DNA of 64,000 nt from Asterias rubens. Lineage: Eukaryota. Made by a program: the position numbers and the translations under genes. Shown one piece after another: positions 1 through 12,150 of the stretch. Numbering within the stretch: the first letter of the stretch is position 1; each line of letters starts with the position of its first letter. The stretch spans positions 17,174,001 through 17,238,000 of the forward strand of contig NC_047069.1 of the NCBI RefSeq assembly GCF_902459465.1. Direction: 5' to 3'. Under the pieces are notes generated by a model. The model was not told where the DNA came from, did not search any database, and saw only the letters and a program-made list of their open reading frames with translations.

Positions 1-883
1 AAACATGCCTTGCAGGCAGTTGATTTGCACCATTCTAATCTTTATTTAGGATTTACACAAATTTCATGTGCAAAATCCTAGTATTGTACATGTGGCCTTT
101 CAAACTGATTTTACTAAAACATGATCATAAATATTTCAAAGAGTCCTATGGGAGCCAAATCAAGATTTCATGAGAGCTTGGATGCACCGATTTGAAATAC
201 TTTGAAGAAGTTTTGAAATTTTACTGACTGAGTCAACCCTGTCAGTTCGATATGATTGTGGATTCAGCTGCAACATATTCTTTAATTCAGGGAATAAGTG
301 TCGTTGAATCTCGCTTAAACACCTTAATTAGAATTTATGCTTTCCCTTATGATTAGTTGGTCTCTTCTTTCATAATTCCTCTACCACATAAGTTATTTTG
401 ACAATCTGTACATCAAATGAAAGATATACTTACAAATTTCTGCATGACATCACCATGGATAAGTCTACTAACTTTCATTAAAAACCTGAACACCTAGTGT
501 TTGTAAATTAACAAACACTACATTTCAAGTTCCTCAGCGATGGTCAAGCCGGTGTCTCATTTTAGTGTGTCTACAAAGGAGAGACATCGTCTCCCTACAC
601 AATACATATACAATACACTATACTAGAAAACACGTCTTGTCCGAGTTCGTCCACTAATCACACTGATCCGCTTGTCGCTACACACTACATGTAGCCGCCT
701 GGTGCCATGCCTCTACACATGCGGTCTTAAATCCCCAACTGCGCACCTGCACCCTGCCGGTCTGGGTCAGCGTTACGCTCCGCTCACTTGCATCGCCCAG
801 TCACGCAGCAAATACCTGCATAAAACACATAGGCTAAAATAGACAGTCACATGTCCGTCACATGCATTTCTGCTATAATATGT

Positions 884-1593
884 TTAAAATATTGATATAT
901 AAAAGGCACAAAGGTCTGACATGGAGGCCAAGGCGGTGTCCATCTTTTTGGACTGAGGGGGCATGTTGCCGTTTCTGATGGCGTCATTTAGTTTGGTTAC
1001 AAGTTCTGTTTCCATGTGGGTTAACATACGTATGGCAAATTTGTCAAACTTATATGAGCTTGGCACTTTGTAAAGGTCATAAACTGCCAAAATCAAGTTG
1101 AAAAATGAAGAAACCTTCTGTGGGCTTCTTGGCGTTCAACGGGAGCAGGCCGGAAACATTGGGGAGTCAAAATAAGGAAACGGTCTAACAGCCCTTGGCC
1201 TTCATCCATTGTCACCAGCAACTTCGTGAGTGGTTGAACTTGGGTGCTTCTGAATATGGAGAAGGGGGTTCCAGCTGGTATTTTCCTATCTTTCTGGGTA
1301 CCTAGAGTTTGCAAAGCTTCCTCTCAAGAGAAGAGGTCACAGAACAGTGAGTCTGTATTATTAGGGCCGTCGTCTGTCTTGATCAGTTTGGAAATGACAT
1401 CATAAATTTCTGCCGACAACAAAAAGCTTTTTTTGTCACTTGATAATTTGTTGAACAGTCCGAAGGGAGTTGCTTTCTCAATGAGAAATGAAATTAGTTT
1501 CTTGTCATCCATCAGTTGGTCTCGAGGCACCAATCTTGATGGCTTGGGAAAGTCTGAAGCTGGTCCTGAAACTATGGGATTGTGTACTGCCAT
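884..1593 (-). pseudogene. Fragmented DUF3987/YfjI-like P-loop protein gene relic, probably mobile-element derived
   Basis: Three consecutive minus-strand ORFs (1324-1593, 1093-1314, 884-1096) read as one frameshifted protein: IEKATPFGLFNKLSSDKKSFLLSAEIYDV...LFCDLFS / GTPFSIFRSTQV...DEGQGLLDRFLILTPQCFRP / LNDAIRNGNMPPQSKKMD. From memory these match invertebrate DUF3987 proteins. The family call needs an HMM search. Confidence 0.6.
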
Positions 1594-3344
1594 GGCTTAG
1601 AACTGAAGCCGAATCTTCAATTTCCATAATTGTCAGAACAATCTTATGTTGTCCATAATCCAATGAATAACACTCAGAGAGAATTTCTCGATTTACACTA
1701 TTAGTTTATTAAATAAAACAATCCTCTATATATGCACAACACTTCCAATACAAATTACGTCTCAGGCTAAGGGTCAGTATGACTATGTACTAATAATTGC
1801 AATTCAAATAATAATTTCACCTGGTCAAAAACTGAGAACTCCTTCTTCGTATAGGAATAGTGATTCAGTAAATTGTTAAAACAACCTAACCACTTCCCGA
1901 CGAAAAAACGACAATGAATTGTTATCTGTATTTCTAGGTCCTCGGTTACACTTCAAAACCAAACAAAAATCCAATCACTCCCCTCAATATTACAATGAAC
2001 TATAAATATTCCACAACCAAATTTATATACTTTCAACTCTTGAAGATTCACCTCATACACTGTGTTTAGAGGTTTTCGCTATGCTACACTTAGCTTCTTG
2101 TTGACTGCCTTGCAGTAATAGTTCAGTTATAGTTCAATATTGTTCCGTCCAACGCTCTTTGTAACGAATTCCAGCGTGGATCCTCCTCACTCAAATCCTT
2201 TGTACAAACACATCGGTGAACCAGCGGTTCATGGAGGACCTCTTACTTTAGTACCAACTCCACACTTCAACTACGGGCCATGATTGTAGGCGTCTATTCT
2301 CCAACTTGTCTGTCTTCCTTTCCAAAGCTGGCCAAATAGGCTAAAAGCCTACAATAGCTGATAAAAGTATTGCAAAAAGCTGACACAGCAGAATTCAGGT
2401 TGGTTTTCCAATTATATATATCTTGAAAAACTGTGGTCTCAAAGGACCAACCAACCGCACAGCAAAAACAGGGTGTGTGCATCCAGCACAAATTCTCAGA
2501 AGGACCGTGTTCACATCCCACCAAACCCAATTGCTCTACCCCCTATTGCCACCCCCATTAGCATACACTATATCCCTACACACACATCACACCAGCACAA
2601 AATTTCATGTTTTTTTATCATGACAATAAAATATTTTAATCTTAATCTAATTTAATCTTAAAGTTATTGAAACTTACCTTTTGAATATGCAATGAAGTTA
2701 CTGGACCCTAAACCTGAGACCGTACAAATCAAGGCGAGTTACTACACAATAGACATGGGTTATATACAATCATGGCCACTGGGTTCTGGACAATTTACAA
2801 TACATACAAGGGGATTAGGTAAAACAGCAAATAAGAAAATGAATATTCATACTAAATCAAAATACTGGTTTTTTTGTGACAATAATCCCTGTCTATCATG
2901 TTATCCTGAAGAGAACTGCTACTGTGGCGATTCCAGTACAAAATGTTCACACTGTCAATTCACTTTGTTTTACGGTTAATAATATTTTTCAGAACAATGA
3001 CAGCAATACAAATGATGGGTTCAACTCATTGCAATTAGTATTTGAAAACCCTGTTGAGGATTCCAGTGAATGGCTGCTATAAACAGAAAGTACTTGTGTA
3101 ACACGTCTCTGATTTTCTATTTAAAAAAATCAGTATCATAATCGTGATCATCCATAGAAGTGCATTTTTATTTGTGCTGATATAGTGTTATTGTCAACAA
3201 TGAGAAGATTGAACAAAATGAATCAATATTGTTCTTTTTGGGGGAAGGGTCAGTTTATTATGAGACCAATTTTGGGCTCGCCAGAAATCTGGTTTCTTTT
3301 TGCGTGGGCCAGGCAACCTGTGATTTGAAAAAGTACTACATCAG

Positions 3345-4830
3345 GGGGAATAATCAAGTACAACTCCCTTTACACCACGGTAGTTGACATGTTGAAAAGT
3401 GAGGCCAACATGTCTTTTGTTGGATAATGTCTCATCCAGATCAATGCCATCATAACTCGGTTTCTGGCAAGATGTCGGTTTCTGGCAAGATGTCGGTGTT
3501 TCCACCCAGATCCTTCATTCTCCATGAACTACTGCAGATCCTGCCATGTGCAGTTTATGGATTCAGTCGGAAAAATTGTGGGAGATTAGGAGCGACGTCG
3601 AAGAACAGGTCTCTATAGGTGGAAGAAGTCCTTGTTTCTCAAAATGGGGAAGCAGATGGGCTTGGATTCGGTCCCAGCAGAGCAAATAAATATAAACTTA
3701 AAAACAGGACAAAAGGACTTGCCAAATGTTTCAAAAAGGATACAAAGTTAATCGTTCTAAAAAGAAGCGAAGGGAAATGGTGAAATGAGCACAAAACATA
3801 AGAATGATATTGTGATCCATCAGTACAACTCCCTTGAAACTGCGTTAGTTGACATGTTAAAAAGTGAGGCCAACATGTCATGTGTTGGATACTGTCTCAT
3901 TCAAATTAATGCCATTATAACTCTGTTTCTTGCAAGATGTCTGTGTCTCCGCCCAGCTCCTTGATTTTCCATGAACGGCTGCAGATCCTGCCATATGGAA
4001 TTAAAGGATTCAGTTGATTCTCCCATCTATAGAAAAAATTGCCGAAGTACAAGCCTCTAGATGAAAGAAAGTCTTGTTCTTCAAAATGAGGAATTAGGCG
4101 GGCGTACATGTACAGGCTTGCATTCATTCTGGTAGAGCAAACAACAATAAACTTAAAAACAGTACAAAATATGACCTGCCAAATGTTTCAAAAAGGAAAC
4201 ATAGTTCATCGTCCTCAAAATACGGTAAGGCAAAAGGAAATGATGAACCGAGCACAAAAACATAAGATTGATATTGTGGTCCATATTTTTTTAGTCCATT
4301 CCCTTGAAACCGCAGTAGTTGACACGTTGAAAAGTGGGGCCAACATGTCATGTGTTGGTAATGTCTCCGCCCAGCTCAACGATTTTCCATGAGCGGATGT
4401 AGATCCTGACATATGGAATTCATGGATTCAGGTGATTTTCCCATCAGTCAGAAAAATTGCAGGAGATCAGGAGCGGTGTCACAGTAAAGATCTCTAGGTG
4501 GAAGAAGTCCTTGTCCTTCAAAATGAGGAAGCAGACGGGCATACAGGCTTGGATTCAGTCTCAGCATAACAAATAAACATAAACTGAAAAAAAAAAACAG
4601 GACAAAAAAGACCTGCCAAATGTTTCAAAAAGGAAACAGAGTTCATCATTCTCAAAATACAGTACGGATGGTGTACTGATAAGTAAAATGAAATGGTGAA
4701 CCGAGCACAAAAGCATTTAGAATGATATTGTGGCCCATAATAGTCCAGTCCATTCCCTTGAAACTGCGGTAGTTGAAGAGTGAGGCCAACATACCATGTT
4801 GGGAAATGTCTCATCCAGAATAATGCCATG
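3345..4830. repeat. Degenerate tandem repeat, about 450-470 bp unit, about 3.3 copies
   Basis: Anchor g(a/g)ggccaacat recurs at about 3401, 3866, 4336 and 4782. Flanking sequence (caactcccttgaaac..gtagttgac; gtccttgt..tcaaaat; gagcacaaaa) is similar in each copy. Confidence 0.85.
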
Positions 4831-5749
4831 CCATCATCACTCTTTAAAAAAAATTTTTTTTAATCCATCTTTTCAAAAGGTATTGCGTAGGAGCTTTTCC
4901 CGAATCTATCGCGATGCTTTCGAACACTTGTAACCGTCTGTTTCATAATACAATATTAGTGAATGCCTACCAGCAAATCTTGTTAGTGTTATCCGACCCT
5001 GTTAGTGTAATTAGTGTTAAAAATAAGTTTGCGGTTGATTCAAACTGAGAATTGGTGGCCTGTTTGATTTGAAATACTAAGCGGCCATCTTGAAAAAAAA
5101 AATAGTAAATGGTAAGGCCCTCATCCTCCTCTTTTTGAAAAATCCGGACGATCAACTGGTATTTTTTTTATTTGGCCTAAGCAAAAGGAAAATGTGAATT
5201 GAGCACAAAATATAAGAATGATATTTGGATCCATATTTCTCGAAGGTTAGACTTTAATACTGTCTTGACAGAAATGTTCATTGTGATTGAAAACACAAGG
5301 CTCGGCTGACGAGTTGGGGATGCGGATCTTGCCAGCTACACAAGTAACGATGTCAGGGGAGGCCAAAGCTGCGATGACTGATGGGTCAGCGATGGGTCGC
5401 TATCAGAAAAACAAACTAACAGAAAAACAAACTTACAGAAAAACATTAAAAAATATTATAAATAGGTATTAAGTACAATTTCAAAATACGAAATATCAAA
5501 AGACTAAAATACCAAAAACAAAAATGAAAGAAAAAAAGCAAGACACATTAAAACAGCAAAACACATAAAACACACAAACTCTTTTTAGCAATGAATAAAA
5601 TTTGAAAAAATGATTAACAACCAAAACTTGACTAACCACAGACAACAGGCAAGAACAATACAAATACATTAAGCCATTACCATTGCAGCCAAACAAATTC
5701 GCAATCAAGCAAATGCGGGAAATTGCAAGTATTTATATGTTTATTTACA

Positions 5750-6100
5750 GGGAAGGAAAAAAAATAAAAAAAAATGCAAAGAACAAAATGAACTTGTGAA
5801 AAACCTTCCATCACAAATGAATCTACATGTAATTAACAAATAAAAGAAGCTGTATTTGTTTTCTTCGCTTCCTTGCCCCCCCCCCCCCCCCAAAAAAAAA
5901 AAAAATGCAATGAAGAAAATAAACTTGTGGAAAACCTTCCATCACAAATGAATCTACACGTACTGAAAACATCAAAGAAGCTTTTTTCCTTTTCTTTTTT
6001 CGCTTCCTTGCCCACCCCCTTCCCCAATCTGTTTTTAATAAAATAAAAACAGAATAACTAACAATAAAAAAATAAAAATGCAATGAAGAACATACACTTG
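5750..6100. repeat. Short local duplication (aacttgtggaaaaccttccatcacaaatgaatctaca) with poly-C/poly-A tracts
   Basis: Same block at about 5790 and 5922; ttcgcttccttgcc occurs at about 5865 and 6000. Confidence 0.7.
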
Positions 6101-6177
6101 TGGAAAATCATGAGAACAAAATGAGTGAAGCATGTATATATGAAAAATCATAAATCAGCAGATCAGTTTAAGTCAGT

Positions 6178-6545
6178 TTACACAGCCATGATGCAGTGCA
6201 TGCGCATGACTTCATGGGTTCTCTGACTTTGGCTGTGTTCTGTACAGCTGAACCGGTTACAGAGGCAGCAGAGACGGGATGTCCTTCGCCGTCGTCTCGC
6301 CCCGGGTTGATGGTGGCACATGTGGCAAGAACCATATTGGGGTACTCCCGGGAATGGTTGTTGTCAATGGAAGTGCACCTCATACCCAAGAGAAAACATT
6401 GCCGATGTTATGGTATGCCTCAATCCCAAAGGACGTGCCACCAGCGTTTGGATCTTTGGCCCAACCAAACTCATCATAACCTCGGAGAGGAAGGTTTGTC
6501 GACGGCTAGTCTGCTCCCCTGCTGATGCCATCCTGGGTTCAGTTG
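6178..6545 (-). mobile_element. piggyBac-like transposase C-terminal relic
   Basis: Manual translation: NPGWHQQGSR/(frameshift)SRRQTFLSEVMMSLVGPKIQTLVARPLGLRHTITSAM...H*QQPFPGVPQYGSCHMCHHQPGARRRRRTSRLCCLCNRFSCTEHS. This is the RR-FL helix followed by the C-x2-C...C-x2-C...C-x2-H Cys-rich tail typical of piggyBac/PGBD transposases. One internal stop. Confidence 0.7.
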
Positions 6546-6618
6546 AAGCCGGAGGACTAATCTTGACATATTTTTGAGGTTAAGCGTTCGACTGCTTAGC
6601 TTGGTTGGGGTTTATAAT

Positions 6619-7660
6619 ATGGCCGAGGGAAGTGTTGATCAAACTAACAAATCTAACCTTTTGTTTGAACATGCTTTTCAGTTTTCAGAAAGGGGTTATC
6701 CTGTAGGAATGAGTGGAAATCAGCAGCGAAGTGTTCGAAGATTTGCGAGTAACTTCAAAGTAGAAGGTATGATGCCATCACCTGATGCCAAATGAATTGC
6801 TAATCTTATTTTTCTCAATTATTATCAACACTTTTTTTCTCAGACACAGTTTTAGCAAGTTCTTTTTCCTGAAAGAAAATATTTTCGAAAAAATGATTCC
6901 CTTAAAAGATAAATTTAAACCCTTTACCCCATTTTTGTGGCATGTACGGATGTTCGGTAGCCAAACAGTGCTGGATCTGTACAAAAAAAATTAAATACAG
7001 GTTTTTAACACAGCCATGGCAGCTTAGACAGTCCAGGTGGTACTTAAAGGCACTGGCCACTATTTGAAATTACTCAAAATAAGTCTTTAAGTTAAATTTT
7101 GAAGTGTAATAATTACCTAAACCTTTCTCCCAATCATCCTGCTTGTCGTTTACAATAGTCTTGTTTTTGACACATGTGCTTTTTCAATCTATGGTGAAGG
7201 CTAAATCTAAATTTTTGTGATTTTTGTAGCTGCTGAGCAGAGGATGCCCAACCAGAAGTATCTACCTCTCTAAACTTTGATGCTCTGCGGGAATTTGCCA
7301 GCAATGTGACAGAGCAAGCCAAGGTTGCAAAACATCGGATAAGTTTGTTTATTTGTTATGTCAGGTTTGATTTTGTAATCTAAATATAAGATTCTCAAGA
7401 AATTATAATATGTATACTTATCTTTTTTTTAATTAAAGGTACAGGTCGGAAAACTTGGGTGTAGCTCAAGAGAAGGACAAGAAGTCATACGCAAAGAGAA
7501 AAGGGAAGAATAGGAAGGTCTTTCATTTTTAAGAGGGCATGCTTGTTTTGTAGATAAACTACCGGAAGATTTTAGGACGTCAGGGTAGCAAGCTGGAACC
7601 ATATTACTCTGTCCAACATAGGAGTAGACACAGCCAACAATGTAAGAGTATAATATGATA
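6619..7660 (+). mobile_element. Ginger/Gin-like (Gypsy-integrase-related) transposase relic, core missing
   Basis: N-terminal piece MAEGSVDQ...RGYPVGMSGNQQRSVRRFASNFKVEG ends at a GT donor (6767). Later pieces SENLGVAQEKDKKSYAKRKGKNRKVFIF/EGMLVL...GSKLEPYYS (7445-7620) resemble the integrase C-terminal GPY/F region. The reading frame is broken by frameshifts. Confidence 0.55.
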
Positions 7661-8237
7661 GTTTAGGAGTTTCCTTCCCTGCTGCACTGAAGAGGACTAT
7701 TGCTGCTTTACTTTTCACCCAAGACAGGTTCTTTGAAGTGGAGCAGGGCCCAATTTCATAGAGCTGCTATGCTAAAAAATTTGCTTAGCATGAAATTTTT
7801 GCCTTCATAAAAACAGGATTACCAACCAGATTTCCACGTGATTTTCAGGATAAGCAAACAACAGCTGACTACATGTAACAAGCAATATGCAACAGATGGA
7901 AATTTGGTTGGTAGTCCTGTTTTTACCAAGGAAGAAATTCTACGCTAAGCAAATCTTAATAATAAAAATCGGACACAAATTAAAATTTCTTTGTAAATAT
8001 CACATAAAGATGCAAGTTCAACTGATGAGTCATGAATTTGACGAAAGGTCAATTAGCAGCATTCAAGAAAACTCAAACATTGGTGGCATTCTTGTCGTAT
8101 TTAAGAAAGTAAAGATCAACCACTTAATAAAGTGTGTCTGATTTGAAGAAATTTTAGCAGTCCTCAAGAAAAAAATTGGCTAAACACGCTGCTGATTGGC
8201 CTTTTGAACAGTGTATCTGATGTTTGATTAATTTGTT

Positions 8238-8752
8238 TAAAGGAACACGTTGCCTTGGATCGGTCGAGTTGGTCTTTGAAAAGCGCTTGTAGCCGTTCGT
8301 TATAAAATTGATATGGTTAGAAAGATGTTGTAAAAGTAGAATACAATGATCTACACAAATATGCCTCGAAATTGCGTGGTTTTCTTGTTACCCGTCGACT
8401 ATGTATAATAATTATTAGCATAAACCCTTACTTGGTAATGAGTAGTGACGAGCTGTTGATAGTATAAAACATTGTGAGAAACGGCTCCCTCTGAAGTAAC
8501 GTAGTTTCCGAGAGAGAAGTAATTTTCCACGAATTTGATTTTGATGACCTCAGATTTAGAATTTGCGGTCTCGAAATCAAGCATCTGAAAACACACAACT
8601 TCGTGTGACAAGGGCGTTTTTTTACTTTTCTCGCCACTCCGACGACCAATTGACCTCAAATTTTCACAGGTGTGTTAATTTATGCAAATGTTGAGATACA
8701 GCAAGTGAGAAGACTGGGCTTTGACAATTACCAATAGTGTCCAGTGTCTTTA
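8238..8752 (+). mobile_element. Composite of two truncated MITEs (family B 5' part joined to family A 3' part)
   Basis: Starts ttaaaggaacacgttgccttggatcggtcgagttgg (family B TIR) and ends ccaatagtgtccagtgtctttaa (family A TIR). Confidence 0.75.
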
Positions 8753-8761
8753 AGTGCATGT

Positions 8762-9037
8762 AATCCCAGGTCAAAATTCCAGTTGAACCTAGTTAACTGG
8801 GGTCAACTGGTTCAACTGGATAGTGATCAAACTCGTCCATTTTCCATATTAACCAACTGGTTTGGACTAGGTTTAACTGTGTTCAACTAGGTTGAAATTA
8901 TAAACCAGTTGGTCTCTGTCCATTTTCCATATTAAACCAACTGGTTTTAAGTGTGTTTAACTAGTTTATCAACTGGTTTCAACTAGTTCCAGTTAAACCC
9001 AGTTTAACTAGGTTCAACTGGAATTTCGACCTGGGAT
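8762..9037. mobile_element. Foldback MITE with about 40-bp TIRs and internal aactgg/actagtt repeats
   Basis: atcccaggtcaaaattccagttgaacctagttaactgggg ... cccagtttaactaggttcaactggaatttcgacctgggat. Confidence 0.8.
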
Positions 9038-9230
9038 GATGTAAGCAGCAAGAGCCTGGTCAAGCATTAATATTGAAAATAGCCGTAGAAATTCAAGTGA
9101 AGAACATCAAGAGTGAGGAAAATGTAATCTTGACATTAAATAGAATGACTGAAATTGAATTAATTCTGTTGACTATTAAATGTTGATGCAACAAAACATT
9201 AATTTTCAAAATTATGAAATCATGTTTGCT

Positions 9231-9623
9231 TAAAGGGTCTAGATGTACTTTTTGTAGGACAAAAAACACAATGTCCACAGATTTACATTAAATTTACACA
9301 CATTAAATTTACACAGTTTGAAGATAATGATGGTAGAAACATTCCCTGAAAATATTACTTGCTGTGGTGCTGTAGTTTTTGAGAAATGAGGAAAACAATA
9401 TCATGAAAATAATTTTCGTCTCAGTGGTCATGAGACGAAAATTATTTTAGCATGTTAACACATAATTTATGACATTGTTTTACTCATTTCTGATAAACTA
9501 CAGCACCTCAGCAAGTAATATTTTAATGTAAGCTTTCTAGTACCATTATCTTCAAACGGTGTAAGTTTAATGTAAATCTGTGGACAATGTGTTTTTTGTT
9601 ACAAAAAGTACCCAAATCCTTTA
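9231..9623 (+). mobile_element. TTAA-flanked MITE family C (other copies at about 60668-60954 and partial at about 25960-26240)
   Basis: Termini ttaaagggtctagatgtactttttgt / acaaaaagtacccaaatcctttaa; shared internal cacaatgtccacagatttaca and ctacagcacctcagcaagtaata. Confidence 0.8.
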
Positions 9624-9901
9624 AAAAATGATACTCTATAGGTACCCCAGTTTGGTTGAATTAGGCAGAAATATGTTTAATGCATTTCAATCAGACTGAA
9701 ATAACTGTCAATGCTATTGATCGGGAAAACCTATCGTAATAATTGTATCGTATCAAATTTTATTCCCAAAACGGAACAAACCCCATACCCCGGGGAAGGG
9801 TTACAACAATAACAAAACGTAAACTTCTTATATAACAAAGAATAAATAGAACAAATAATGCATGTGGAAACAGGCCCTCAAATTGCAATTTTTGTCAGAC
9901 T

Positions 9902-10251
9902 TTAACGGCACTGGAAACTATTGGTAATTACTCAAAATAATTGTTAGTATTTAACAACTTACTTGGTAACAAGCAATGGTGAGCTATTGATAGTATTATA
10001 AAGCATTGTGAGAAACGTCTCCCTCTGAAGTAACATATATTTTAGAAATAGTAATTTTTCGTTGAAATATGCAAAGTAAAAGACTTCAGCTGAAGCCTTT
10101 TATTGTGCATCTGAAAGCACCTGAAATTGTGCAACAAGGATGTTCTTTTTTTCAACTTTGATGACCATATGAGCCCAAATTTTCACAGTTTTTTTTATTT
10201 TATGCATATGTTGGGATACACCAAGTGAGAAAACTGGTCCAGTGCCTTTAA
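9902..10251 (+). mobile_element. TTAA-flanked MITE family A (most abundant; about 350 bp)
   Basis: TIR ggc(a)ctgga(c)actattggtaatt and internal aaacattgtgagaaacggctccctctgaag. Other copies at about 18091-18462, 24966-25320, 27045-27420, 40005-40332, 44258-44456, 60317-60668 and 63158-63510. Confidence 0.85.
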
Positions 10252-10520
10252 CGGCCTTCAGGAAAGTACAAGCAAGAAGAGTTTGACAAATTAAACAAAC
10301 TGAACAAAGCACAGACAATTACAAGTACATGTTATAATATATCAAGCCAATCGCAAAAGTCCGTTAAACTTCGCACAAGTATTTACACAACAAGGAGTCC
10401 CGAGTTAGTGCTTACATTATGGAGTAGAGTTAAATTTAAATGGTACTGAACTGATATACATTATTATGTATTGATGACCTTTTTAGTACTGAACTGCAAT
10501 AACATCAATAAGGTCATTAC

Positions 10521-10892
10521 AGATGCTATGTCAGATTTTTAGCCGATTTGACCCAAACATTTTGATTTAAAATTCAATAGGTATTTTGATGGGGGTCGAG
10601 AAAGTTACAAGCTTTCATTTGAGCCATTGCTCGAAAAAGTCCGCCAATTATTAGTAGCAGTGAAATAAAGTGCTAAAAATGAGTTCTTGTCGGGATCCCG
10701 ACAATATATCACGTGACTAATTCTTATGTGTTTTATAAGAAACATTTTAAATTTTTGTCATGGTTCCTGACCATTAAAAGTAAAAGTTAAACCTTTTTTT
10801 GTTAGAGCGAGTGATACTCTTTGAAATACCTTTCACTTAAAAAAATCTATTTTGTAATGTTTGGGGCCAAAAATCTGACATAGCATCTTTAA
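10521..10892. mobile_element. MITE with TIR agatgctatgtcagatttt
   Basis: agatgctatgtcagattttt (10521) and aaaatctgacatagcatctttaa (10870-10892). Confidence 0.75.
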
Positions 10893-11264
10893 TGGTTTGT
10901 TTCTTAAAAAAATGTTACATTTTGTTCTCCACCAAAATGAAAACTTGACAAGTCTGTTCATCAGTTTACAATTTTAGTTATCATTCTGTTAGAAGGTATA
11001 AAATACTTCCTGATTACTTCATAGTTCCACATTACTATTGCACTATTTGTTTATAAATATGAATCATGTACTACAGGGCCTGTCAATTTTATTGAATTGA
11101 ATATATTGAAAATTTCACATTTAAATTATTTTAACTTTTCACCGGGGCATTTCAGCAACCGTTCCTTGGACAGAATATGGTACAAATTCAACCAACATGA
11201 TCAGGTTGCTTCCCAGGAATTTTTGAAACTCTGGGTTATTCTGGATATCTGGAAGTTATTCTGA

Positions 11265-11700
11265 AGGGAATAAAAGGGGAGTGACGAGTTCTTTAATGGC
11301 CGTTTAAAACCGGCAGGGTCGTTGGGGTCGTTGCCGAAGGAGTCACTACTCTTTTATTCCCATTCATAAATGCCTTTTTGGTTAAAAGGCCTAATAAGTA
11401 AGAAACTCTGTAAAACTTATCCGTTTCCAACGTGCTTGAGCTCTGTAGTGTATGTACGACGTCAGTGTGTTGCTTTGTTATGACTGAGACGCCCAGTTTC
11501 CGGATCATATCCATTCGTGCGCGTTGTAGTCTTGGTGAAAGGCGTTTTCCTTTCACACACAGCTCTAGAATTGCAAAGCTCAGGGGTGCGAATCCCACCA
11601 GAGTAATATGCCTGTGATTTTTTTTACAGAGCTCGCTAAAGTACTGAGTGTACAGTGGTAACACACATCGGTGTAAGGGTAAAAAAACAAACAAAAAAAC
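11265..11700. mobile_element. Dispersed repeat (inverted copy at about 53690-54100) followed by a tRNA-derived SINE
   Basis: gtgacgagttctt...ccggcagggtcg...ttttattcccattcataaatgcc matches the reverse complement of 54005-54090. SINE body ctctagaattgcaaag...gaatcccac..gagtaatatgcctgtgattttt at 11563-11680 also occurs at 43330-43450, 28140-28260 and 25660-25880. Confidence 0.7.
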
Positions 11701-12150
11701 CAAATACATTCTGTTTTTTGCATTTTTGCAAATGCGATACGAATTTTGACGTAACATAATTATTTGCAACAAATTATTCGCGAAATGGAGTTGTGACGTC
11801 ACATTCACTTTGCGTTTTCGCAGGAAGTAGTAACGAGGCTTAACAAAGGAAATCATTCACTGAACAGCCTGAACAAGGTGAAATTTCATGGCTCTGCTTA
11901 CAGTGCATTCAACACTTACAGAGCCTTAATTGAAGAGCACACAGCTCACTGAGTAGAGCCAGAAATTAGATTCTTTCCTAGACCAGGGGGTCTGAGCTGA
12001 CCCAAAATATAATTGAAATATGATAATTAATGCAAAAGGATAGCAAATTTTCACGAAGCAATTAACTGGCTTTTCAAGTCTCATGAGTAGGGAAAATTTG
12101 CTTCACTTTCCCAGTTTGTATGAGGTGTGAACTTAGCTTGAATTGGATGA

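Noticed and set aside
11293-11856. 187-aa minus-strand ORF
   Set aside because: Lies over dispersed repeat and SINE sequence shared with 53.7-54.1 kb and 43.3 kb; no protein-like motifs.
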